From: an uncultured Gammaproteobacteria bacterium | Lineage (GTDB): Bacteria; Pseudomonadota; Gammaproteobacteria; GCA-001735895 | Assembly (NCBI GenBank): GCA_963835795.1 | Contig: CAWIHJ010000023.1 | Location: 9,059 to 73,058, forward strand | Reading direction: 5' to 3' | DNA length: 64,000 nucleotides | Shown here: one piece after another, positions 1 through 7,993 of the stretch | Layout of the letters: each line of letters begins with the position of its first letter | How positions within the stretch are numbered: the first letter of the stretch is position 1 | Position numbers and translations under genes: made by a program | Notes under the pieces: model-generated | Told to the model about the DNA's origin: nothing | Databases searched by the model: none | Seen by the model: only the letters and a program-made list of their open reading frames with translations

Positions 1-241
1 AACCCATTTGCTGCAGGATTTGCGCCATGTTACCGGTGCCGCAGCCCGCGTCGAGAATCCTCGCGTCAAAATCCCGGATCAGCCTGCCGGCGAAGCCGGC
101 TGCAACCGCGATGTAGGGATTGCCACTGGCCCAGATTTGCTGGTCGTAATCCTGCGCCCATTCATCGTATAGCGTTTCCAGGTCGCGATGATCGCCACCG
201 GCCTGGTACACGCGATCCAGCCAGGTTTCCAGATCTTCCAT
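1..241 (-). CDS. Class I SAM-dependent methyltransferase, N-terminal part (gene runs off the window start)
   Basis: Reverse-strand translation from the ATG (complement of 239-241) reads MEDLETWLDRVYQAGGDHRDLETLYDEWAQDYDQQIWASGNPYIAVAAGFAGRLIRDFDARILDAGCGTGNMAQILQQMG. It contains the motif-I glycine loop LDAGCGTG. The frame is open to the window edge, so it is not on the ORF track. Confidence 0.7.
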   Translation of the reverse strand, partial: MEDLETWLDRVYQAGGDHRDLETLYDEWAQDYDQQIWASGNPYIAVAAGFAGRLIRDFDARILDAGCGTGNMAQILQQMG

Positions 242-414
242 AAAATCTCCTTGCAAGTCGATGAATTTGCCAGCAGATTATGTCTTTCAAGAATTAATCT
301 CAAGCGGGAGAAGCGAGTGGATCCAGCATTTGCAGGCAGACGAACTGTCGTGCATCGTGATCAGCGGATTGATGCGATGTTTTCAATGTGCCCGTTCAGA
401 CAGGAGATTGCGCG

Positions 415-1668
415 TTGCGCTTAAGCGATCTCGATCAGCAGCGGCTGGATGGGAAGTTCGGCAAGGCCATGCAGTTTGCGATGGAAACGGTGGTCACCGC
501 CGCGGCTATCGACCAGGCGGAAAGCCTGATCGATATCAGCTTCGCGCACATCGATGCCTGCTTTTACAACGGCCGCGCGCACCTGGATTTCGTCAACTAC
601 CTGCTCGAGCACGGTGCCACCCTGGCGGTGCCGAGCTGGACCAATAATGGCCTGGTAGCGCTCAACGATCTGACCCTGCGCGATCCGGGCAAAAGCCGGG
701 AAATGGAAGAAGCGCGACAATTGATGCTGGCCTACGTCAAGCTCGGCTGCCGCCCGGTCTGGACTTGCGCGCCGTATCAGCTGCCTGACAGGCCCGCACT
801 CGGTGAACACATTGTGGGGTCGGAGTCGAACGCGGTCAGTTTTTATAACTCGGTGATCGGTGCGCGCAGCAACATGTACGGCGACTACCTGGATGTCTGT
901 GCGGCGGTCACCGGGCGTGTGCCGTTTACCCGTTTGCACCGTGACGAGGCGCGTGCTGCGCAAGTGGTCTTTGATGTCAGCAAGATTCCCCAGGCGATTC
1001 TCGACAACGACCTGTTTTATCACTTGCTCGGACATTTTATTGGTCTTAACAGCCACTACCGGGTACCGGCAATCCTGGGCTTGCCGCAGGCTTGTAACGA
1101 AGACGATTTGAAAGCGATCAGCGCGGCCGCGAGTTCCGCCGGCAGCGTGCCGCTGTTTCATGCCGTCGGCATCACGCCCGAAGCCCCAACGCTTGCGAGC
1201 GCCTGCCAGGATCAGGCACCACAACAGACCATCGAACTGACGCTGGCGGATCTGCAGGCATCGCGCGCGCAACTCGGCGGCAATACCGCTAGCGCCCTGG
1301 TGGGCGTTGCCCTCGGCACGCCGCACTTCTCTTTCAGCGAATTCGAGCGGCTGGTGGCATTACTCGACCGGCGTTCGATTTATCCTGGCCTGGTGTTTTA
1401 CCTGACCACCAGCCGTCACGTTCACCAACTGGCGCAGGAGCAGGGCTGGATCGACCTGCTGCAGCAGGCCGGAGTCCGGATCGTTACCGATACCTGTACC
1501 TATTTTTCACCCGCGGTAAACGGGCTGCGCGGCAAGATCATGACCAATTCGGCGAAATGGGCCTACTACGCACCCGGCATGTTGCCGGTGGAAGCGGTGA
1601 TCGGCAGCCTTGCGGAATGCGTCGAATCGGCGGTCAGCGGCAGCGTGGTGCTCGATCAATGGCAGTGA
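415..1668 (+). CDS. Aconitase X catalytic (large) subunit, DUF521 family; bacterial members act as cis-3-hydroxy-L-proline dehydratase
   Basis: ORF 388..1668. The N-terminus (M)RLSDLDQQRLDGKFGKAMQFAMETVV and the ~420 aa length fit the AcnX large subunit. Start placed at TTG 415, 9 nt after AGGAG (401-405); GTG 388 is the alternative. Confidence 0.75.
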   Translation: MRLSDLDQQRLDGKFGKAMQFAMETVVTAAAIDQAESLIDISFAHIDACFYNGRAHLDFVNYLLEHGATLAVPSWTNNGLVALNDLTLRDPGKSREMEEARQLMLAYVKLGCRPVWTCAPYQLPDRPALGEHIVGSESNAVSFYNSVIGARSNMYGDYLDVCAAVTGRVPFTRLHRDEARAAQVVFDVSKIPQAILDNDLFYHLLGHFIGLNSHYRVPAILGLPQACNEDDLKAISAAASSAGSVPLFHAVGITPEAPTLASACQDQAPQQTIELTLADLQASRAQLGGNTASALVGVALGTPHFSFSEFERLVALLDRRSIYPGLVFYLTTSRHVHQLAQEQGWIDLLQQAGVRIVTDTCTYFSPAVNGLRGKIMTNSAKWAYYAPGMLPVEAVIGSLAECVESAVSGSVVLDQWQ

Positions 1669-2090
1669 TCAGGAGTGAACAGATAGACACCCAGTCGCTG
1701 GTGCCAGGCGAGGCCTGCGGCGAGGCGCTGGTGCTCGAGCAGACGCTGAGTTTCTGGGGTGGCTTTGATCCCGTCAAGGGGCAGATCATCGACGTGCATC
1801 ATGCGCAATCTGGTGAGCGGGTTGCCGGCAAGGTGCTGTGCATCCCACGCAGCAAGGGTTCAGCCGGCACCCCGGGTGGAATCGCCGAAACCCTGCGCAA
1901 CGGCAGCGGCCCGCGGGCATTCGTGTTGGGTGAGCGCGACGTCAATATCAGCGTTGGCGTGCTGGTGGCGAATCGACTCTACGGCATGAAGGTCCCGGTG
2001 ATACGGGTGTCAATGGAAGACATGGCGCGTATCAGTAGCGGCGATCAGATCAGTATTGATATCGAGGGCAAGCTGTCAATCAGTCGTTAG
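1659..2090 (+). CDS. Aconitase X swivel (small) subunit, DUF126 family
   Basis: In-frame ATG at 1659 inside ORF 1557..2090 overlaps the upstream stop (ATGGCAGTGA), suggesting translational coupling. MAVIRSEQ...GEACGEALVLEQTLSFWGGFDPVKGQIIDVHH...SKGSAGTPGGIAE is typical of the AcnX small subunit. Confidence 0.75.
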   Translation: MAVIRSEQIDTQSLVPGEACGEALVLEQTLSFWGGFDPVKGQIIDVHHAQSGERVAGKVLCIPRSKGSAGTPGGIAETLRNGSGPRAFVLGERDVNISVGVLVANRLYGMKVPVIRVSMEDMARISSGDQISIDIEGKLSISR

Positions 2091-2093
2091 CCC

Positions 2094-2245
2094 GAATATT
2101 GCGCCAGTATCTCGGCGCTGGCTTGTTCAGAAACGTCTGAACTTGTGCTTCCTTCGAGCCATAGCTGCGGCTATGACTCTTAGTCCAGCCCGGCGTCCAG
2201 ACGTTTCTGTCCTGCGCAATCGCTCGAGATACTGACGCAATATTC
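2094..2245. repeat. ~150-bp nested (three-tier) imperfect palindrome filling the convergent intergenic gap
   Basis: Outer arms: GAATATTGCGCCAGTATCTCG (2094-2114) pairs with CGAGATACTGACGCAATATTC (2225-2245), 20 of 21 positions. Middle arms: CAGAAACGTCTG (2128-2139) pairs with CAGACGTTTCTG (2198-2209), perfect. Centre: CATAGC-tgcg-GCTATG (2160-2175). Confidence 0.8.
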
Positions 2246-3359
2246 AGGCTAGTGCAGATTGCACCAGGCGGTGAAAATGATGCAATGCGTGTTCGCTTTC
2301 TCCGCTGCGCCCAGGGTCTACCATGTAGGCACCCTGGTCATAGCTGGCCGATTTCAATCCGCGTTGTACCGATTCACAAATGTCGATGTCTTCGGGTGAC
2401 AGGCGTTCGTTGACATAATCTGCGCGCGGCTGATAGACCGCACCGCTGCTGGTCAGTGAATGCCCGTTGAAATCGCAGCTGCCGACGGAAAGCGGGCGCA
2501 CCGAAAACACGCCCAGTGCGTTTGGCCCCGGCAGCACGTTGAAGGTGGTGTTGGGCCACAGGTACCAGAATATGGATTGCCTGAAATCCGCCTTGCTATC
2601 GAGCGCATAAGCGCTGTTGTCACTGCGGATTTGCGGCCCGTACTGGCGGGACCAGCAATCGAAAACCTCGACCTGGTAGCTGTCCATGTCGATGATCGAG
2701 GCGAAGTCCGGATGGGCACCACGGCAGTGGTAACATTCGACGTAATTGTCGACGACGACTTTCCAGCCGGAGCGGATGTTGGAGTCACCCTGTTCGTTGT
2801 TGTGCGTCAGTTGCAATTCATCGAGGTAGGGCAGGTGGGAACGAATGTCCTGTTCCAGGTCACCGGCCAGCGTTTGCAGGGGGCTCGCGTGGTCGTCGAG
2901 GTTGACGAAAACGAAGCCGCAGAAAACTTCCAGGCGAATTTCACGCAAGCAGAAATCGTCACCGTTAAAGCCGCTGCGGTGTTCACTCATCGGTGCGCGC
3001 GCGAGCAGGCCCTGGTTGCTGTAAGACCAGCCATGGTAGGGGCAGACGATCAGGTTTTGCAGCTTGCCGCTACCGTTGAGCAGTTCGTGCGCGCGGTGTC
3101 GGCAGATATTGTAGAAAGCGCGTAGCTGACCATCGTCGGAGCGGATGGCGAAAACGTTTTCGTCGCAGATGCGCAAGGTGGCGTAGGCGCCGATCTCGCG
3201 CAGCATTGCTTCGGGGGCCAGGTATTGCCAGCTACGGTAAAAGATTCGCCGCTTTTCCTGCTCAAAGACGTCCGCCGACAGGTAATAGTCCGACGACAGC
3301 GTGAACGAGGCGGCAGGATTGTCGGTGAGTGGCTGGCGCAGCGGAGGTAGCTTGGACAT
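2244..3359 (-). CDS. Rieske [2Fe-2S] non-haem-iron oxygenase alpha subunit, CntA/GbcA/Stc2-like (quaternary-amine monooxygenase/demethylase type)
   Basis: 371-aa ORF. Rieske motif CRHRAH...CPYHGW; mononuclear iron region WKVVVDNYVECYHCRGAHPDF; C-terminal ESVQRGLKS...SEHALHHFHRLV. Length and motif order resemble carnitine oxygenase CntA. It lies 13 nt downstream of proV on the same strand. Confidence 0.8.
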   Translation of the reverse strand: MSKLPPLRQPLTDNPAASFTLSSDYYLSADVFEQEKRRIFYRSWQYLAPEAMLREIGAYATLRICDENVFAIRSDDGQLRAFYNICRHRAHELLNGSGKLQNLIVCPYHGWSYSNQGLLARAPMSEHRSGFNGDDFCLREIRLEVFCGFVFVNLDDHASPLQTLAGDLEQDIRSHLPYLDELQLTHNNEQGDSNIRSGWKVVVDNYVECYHCRGAHPDFASIIDMDSYQVEVFDCWSRQYGPQIRSDNSAYALDSKADFRQSIFWYLWPNTTFNVLPGPNALGVFSVRPLSVGSCDFNGHSLTSSGAVYQPRADYVNERLSPEDIDICESVQRGLKSASYDQGAYMVDPGRSGESEHALHHFHRLVQSALA

Positions 3360-3372
3360 GCCAGTGCCGTTT

Positions 3373-4405
3373 TCAGGAACGACTGTCCATGGCCTTGAGG
3401 ATCATCGACTGATCGATTTCGCCGACAATCTGATCCTGCGCATCGACCACCGCGAGTGGGCCGTTGGCGGCAATGGCGATGTCGATCAATGAGTCGAGTT
3501 TGGCGCTTTCGTTTACTCTCTGCGCACCATTGGCGCGTACCGCGTCGGAGGCGCGCGCGCATGATCTTGCCGACGCTGAGCACCTTGTAACGCGGCACGT
3601 CTTCAGTGAAGTCGCGCACGTAGTCATCGATCGGGTTGGCGACGATTTCTTCGGGCGTGCCGATTTGCACGACTTCGCCGTCCTTCATGATGGCGATGTG
3701 GTCGCCCATCTTGATGGCTTCGAGAAAGTCGTGGGTGATGAAGATCATGGTCTTGTGCACTTCGGCCTGTATCTTCAACAGCTCATCCTGCATCTCGCGG
3801 CGAATCAGCGGATCGAGGGCGCTGAACGGCTCGTCGAAGATCAGTATCTCCGGGTCGACCGCCATCGCGCGGGCCAGGCCCACGCGTTGCTGCATACCAC
3901 CTGACAGTTCGCGGGGATAATGATCGGCCCAGCCGTGCAGCCCAACCTTTTCCAGCACTTCCATCGCCTTTGCCTTGCGTTCCTTGCGCTCCATGCCACG
4001 TATCTCGAGGCCAAAGGAAATGTTGTCGATTACCTTGCGGTGCGGAAACAGGCCGAAATGCTGGAACACCATGCTCATGCGGAAGCGGCGCAGCTCGATC
4101 AATTTAGCATCGTTGTAATGCATGATGTCTTCGCCGTCGATGATCATTTCACCGGCGGTCGGGTCGATCAGGCGCGATATACAGCGCACCAGGGTCGACT
4201 TGCCACTACCCGACAGTCCCATGACGACAAAGGTTTCCCCGGTATTGATTTCAAAGGAAACGTTCTTGACGCCGATGACATGGCCGGTTTGCTCCTGCAC
4301 CTCGGCGCGCGACAGCGAATAATCCAGGTTCTCCAGGGTACGTTTGGGATAGGTGCCAAATATCTTCCAGATATTTTTACAGATGATCTTAGGAGACTCG
4401 GACAT
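3373..4405 (-). pseudogene. proV: Glycine betaine/proline-type ABC transporter ATP-binding protein (ProV/OpuAA-like), frame disrupted once
   Basis: Starts at ATG 4405 (MSESPKIICKNIWKIFG) behind GAGGGTG. Walker A GLSGSGKST, signature LSGGMQQRVGLARA, Walker B ILIFDEPFSALD. After ...VPRYKVLSVGKIMRA the CBS-domain tail (ASDAVRANGAQRVNESAKLDSLIDIAIAANGPLAVVDAQDQIVGEIDQSMILKAMDSRS*) continues in another frame (ORF 3373..3627). The shift falls in the (GC)5 run at 3551-3560. The 503-aa track ORF 3050..4561 is a read-through artefact. Confidence 0.85.
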
Positions 4406-4663
4406 TTCACCCTCTAAATGGTCTTTTGTTATAAACCGGAGGCGCTCTTTCGGGATTACACCCCGGGTCGTGCCAATCTGCGCCGGTGATATGCGGCGAG
4501 CGCTCGATAGCGATCCATAGTAGCCAGAACGCCAACATCCTGCAATCCATGCCGGTTGCACCGATCAGCGATTGAATTCAGAGATTACCGGGCAAGCGGT
4601 TTACACAGCACGTTGCAGATAAAAATAATCGACGCTAAGCTAGCACATACCTGAGGAGGTTAG

Positions 4664-6796
4664 ATGAATACAACCGTCGAAAGCCAGCTGGATCCCGGCT
4701 GGTGGAGCATTACCTGGCAAGAACGCCGGCACTGGATTGTTACCTTTGCGGTTTTCGCGCTGTCGCTGGTGATCTGGAAACTCAACGGCGGCGAGACGAT
4801 ATTCCCGCAAAGCTGGATCGACTCCTTCCCGTTCGCTGCAACCGTCGACGAATTCGACAAGTGGCTGCGACCTTTCGTGCAGCCCACCACGCGAATGATC
4901 GGCGTCGGCGTCACATGGTTCTACGAGCTGATGGCGGATTTCCTGATTTTTACCCAGTGGCAGGTAGTCTTTGTGATCCTGGTGTTGCCGGCCTTTGCCT
5001 ACGGTGGTTTACGCCTCGGCCTGTTGGCGATCATCGCGGTCAGTTCCTGGCTGGTAATGGATTTCTGGGACGAGTCGATGGAAACGCTGAGCCTGATGAC
5101 CATCTCGATCATCATTTCAGTCATCATCGGCGTGTTGTTCGGCATCCTCGCCTCGCAAAGCGACCGGGCCGAGGCGATCATCAAGCCGATCCTCGACACG
5201 ATGCAAACCCTGCCCGCATTCATCTACCTGATTCCGGCGTTTTACCTGTTCGGCATCGGTCCGCCTGGCGCGATCCTGGCGACTGTCATCTACGCGTTGC
5301 CGCCGGTAGTGCGTTTAACCAACCTCGGCATTCGCCAGGTACCCCAGGGCATCGACGAGGCCGCAACTTCGTTTGGTGCGACGCGCTCGCAATTGTTGCT
5401 CAAGATCAAGATTCCGCTGGCGATGCCGTCGATCAAGCTGGGCATCAACCAGACCGTGATGATGGCGCTGGCGCTGGTCGTACTGGCCACTTTCATCGGC
5501 TCGCCTGGCCTCGGCGACGTGGTGTATACCGGATTGCAGCGGCTGAATGTCGGCAAGGCACTCGAAGGCGGCCTTGCGATTGTGTTGATGGCGATCGTGC
5601 TCGACCGGGTGACCTACGCGATGGGCCATATCGAACAAACCAGCGCCAGCCAGCACGATCATGTGTTTCGACTGTTTCCGCAAGGCCTGGAGAATTTCAA
5701 ACTCATAGTCTACGCCGAATATGGTATCGACTGGATCTGGAGGCAGATCGCGTCGGCGGGAAATACGGTTGCGCTGCTCGTCACCCTGGCGGTGTGCAAG
5801 CTGGTCGCCGTGGTGCATTCGAATTTCGCCGAAAAACTGCGCGAAGCCATGCTCGCGCGCAGCTTCCTGATCGCCAGCCTGGTGTTGATCACACTGTTGA
5901 TGCTGCTCGAGGCGTATTCCGACATGTATGGCAATTTCCCGCGTGAATGGGAGTACCGCTTCCGTACACCGGTAAACCAGTTCATGGATGATCTGATTAC
6001 CAACGACATATTTTATGGTATCACCCAGGGGATCAAGGAAGCGCTCTGGTACGGTCTGGTCAACCCACTGAATACATTTTTCAAAGGGTTGCCGTGGTGG
6101 TATACCTGCGTGATCTTTATCGGCATCGCCTACCTGGTCAGCGGGCGTACGCTGGCGATTGCGACGCTGGTCGGCCTGTTGTTCATCGGTGCCACTGATC
6201 TGTGGCTATTTGGCATGACCACCTTGTCCACAGTGCTGGTGTCGGTGATGATCTGTTTTGTCATCGGTGTGCCACTCGGAGTCCTGTCCGCTTACAATCG
6301 TACGGCCGATGTGATTATCAAACCGGTGCTGGATACGATGCAGACCTTGCCGGTTTTTGTTTACCTGGTGCCCGTGGTGATGTTCTTCCAGGGTGGCCAG
6401 GTATCGGCGGTTATCGCCACGGTGATTTATGCGATTGCGCCGATCGTGCGCTGTACCGCGCTCGGTATTCGTGAATTGCCAACGGAAATCAACGAGGTAT
6501 CCAATTCGTTTGGTGCGACCATAAGCCAAACCCTGATCAAGGTGAAAATCCCGATGGCGATTCCGGCGATCATGGTCGGCATTAACCAGGGCATTATGAT
6601 GGCCCTGGCGATGGAAGTCGTGACCCCGCTGATCGGCGGCAAAGGACTGGGCCTGCAGGTTTTCGACGGCATGAATCGCGCCAGCCTCGGCATCTCCCTG
6701 CAAGCGGGACTCGGAATAGTGCTGCTTGCGATCATCCTCGATCGCATGTCGCAGGCCTGGACCAAAACCCAGCGCGAAGCCATGGGATTAAACTGA
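4664..6796 (+). CDS. proW: Tandem-fused ABC permease: two ProW/OpuAB-type transmembrane domains in one 710-aa polypeptide
   Basis: Two internal copies of the permease core: IIKPILDTMQTLPAFIYLIPA...SFGATRSQLLLKIKIPLAMPSIKLGINQTVMMAL and VIIKPVLDTMQTLPVFVYLVPV...SFGATISQTLIKVKIPMAIPAIMVGINQGIMMAL. ATG 4664 follows GAGGAGG. Confidence 0.85.
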   Translation: MNTTVESQLDPGWWSITWQERRHWIVTFAVFALSLVIWKLNGGETIFPQSWIDSFPFAATVDEFDKWLRPFVQPTTRMIGVGVTWFYELMADFLIFTQWQVVFVILVLPAFAYGGLRLGLLAIIAVSSWLVMDFWDESMETLSLMTISIIISVIIGVLFGILASQSDRAEAIIKPILDTMQTLPAFIYLIPAFYLFGIGPPGAILATVIYALPPVVRLTNLGIRQVPQGIDEAATSFGATRSQLLLKIKIPLAMPSIKLGINQTVMMALALVVLATFIGSPGLGDVVYTGLQRLNVGKALEGGLAIVLMAIVLDRVTYAMGHIEQTSASQHDHVFRLFPQGLENFKLIVYAEYGIDWIWRQIASAGNTVALLVTLAVCKLVAVVHSNFAEKLREAMLARSFLIASLVLITLLMLLEAYSDMYGNFPREWEYRFRTPVNQFMDDLITNDIFYGITQGIKEALWYGLVNPLNTFFKGLPWWYTCVIFIGIAYLVSGRTLAIATLVGLLFIGATDLWLFGMTTLSTVLVSVMICFVIGVPLGVLSAYNRTADVIIKPVLDTMQTLPVFVYLVPVVMFFQGGQVSAVIATVIYAIAPIVRCTALGIRELPTEINEVSNSFGATISQTLIKVKIPMAIPAIMVGINQGIMMALAMEVVTPLIGGKGLGLQVFDGMNRASLGISLQAGLGIVLLAIILDRMSQAWTKTQREAMGLN

Positions 6797-6903
6797 TTTC
6801 TGTGTGCTCGACAAGGGCCATTGCAGACAGTATCATGCTTTGATTCCGCCGGGTTTCGGCGGTGAATAACAACTACGAAGAGAGCATAAGAGGAGTAAAA
6901 ACA

Positions 6904-7855
6904 ATGTCCAAATTTATAAAAACCGTGTTGGCAGTGACTGTGCTGGCGCTGAGTCTTGGCGCCACATCAACGCTACAGGCCGCCAAACGTCTGACCGTTG
7001 CCGACCTTGACTGGACCGGCGCTGTAGTGACCTGCCGAACCCTGCAATACGTGCTGGAAAATGAAATGGGTTACAAGGTCAAAACCGTTACCATGCCCGG
7101 TGGTCCGGGCGCCTGGGAAGCAGTGCGTTCGGGTGATATCGATTACTATTGCGAGACCTGGCCTTCCTATAACCCGATCAAGTCGCAATACCTCAAGGAA
7201 TACGGTGGCGATGGTTCGTTGGTGAAAGTTGCCGATACCGGCATCATCGGTTTCAGCGGCTACTTCGTACCGCGCTACGTGATCGAAGGTGATGCCTCGC
7301 GCGGCATTCCCGCTTCCGCGCCGAAGCTGAAGTCCTACAAGGACATGAACCAGTACAAGCACATGTTCAAAAGCCTGGAATCGGGTGATCGCGGTAACCT
7401 GATCGGTTGTCCGGTTGCAGCCTGGCTGTGTGAAGACCAGACAGCGAATGGATACCCTGGGAGTCGATTTCTATGCGCAGGCGCTGGGTTCGGAAACTGC
7501 CCACTGGGCGGAAATGCAGGCCAAGTACAAGCGTGGTGAACCCTTCATCGCTTACGCCTGGTCTCCGCACTGGATTCACGCGGCGCTTGACCTGGTCGAA
7601 ATTGAATTGCCGGCACACAGCGATGAAAAGTGGCCAGCCACGACCTGGCCGCAGGATGTCACTTTCAAATTCACCAATCCGAATTTTCTGAAAGAAAATC
7701 CTGAAGTGGTCATGCTGCTCGAAAAGCATCGCCTGACCAACAAGCAGCAGGCGGGCATGATTTATGAAATCGACGTGAAGAAGCGCGACATGGATGAAGT
7801 GGTTGCCGAATGGATGGAAGCCAACGAATCCACCTGGCGCAAGTGGCTTCCCTAG
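6904..7855 (+). pseudogene. proX: Glycine betaine/choline-type periplasmic substrate-binding protein (ProX/OpuAC-like), frame disrupted once
   Basis: ATG 6904 follows AGAGGAG. Signal peptide MSKFIKTVLAVTVLALSLGATSTLQAAK. ORF 6862..7539 carries the N-terminal lobe up to ...NLIGCPVAAWLCEDQ. ORF 7415..7855 carries the rest (RMDTLGVDFYAQALGSETAHWAEMQAKYKRGEPFIAYAWSPHW...). The shift is near 7430-7450. Confidence 0.8.
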
Positions 7856-7902
7856 GTCGGATTAACTAGATCGATTTAACTAGATCGATTCAACAATGAT
7901 CT

Positions 7903-7937
7903 AAACCAGGCTCCTGCGGGGGCCTGGTTTTTTTTGC
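7903..7937 (+). terminator. Rho-independent terminator after proX
   Basis: AAACCAGGC (7903-7911) pairs with GCCTGGTTT (7922-7930) and is followed by a T-run to 7937. Confidence 0.75.
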
Positions 7938-7993
7938 GGTCGAAAAATCCCCCGCGATCAATAACCACCTGATGCCAGGTTTCCTGTGCTGAT

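Noticed and set aside
3050-4561. 503-aa ORF suggesting a long ProV fused to sequence overlapping the Rieske gene.
   Set aside because: Its upstream 52 codons precede a well-placed RBS and ATG at 4405. Downstream of ~3550 the translation turns Arg/Cys-rich nonsense, while the true CBS-domain tail continues in another frame. It is a read-through artefact of the frameshift.
7862-7889. Perfect tandem duplication of the 14-mer TTAACTAGATCGAT after proX. A 13-nt match (TAGATCGATTTAA) also recurs at 11094-11106.
   Set aside because: Two copies only, non-coding, and next to a terminator. A 13-mer repeat within 64 kb is expected by chance. No evidence of a repeat family or mobile-element end.
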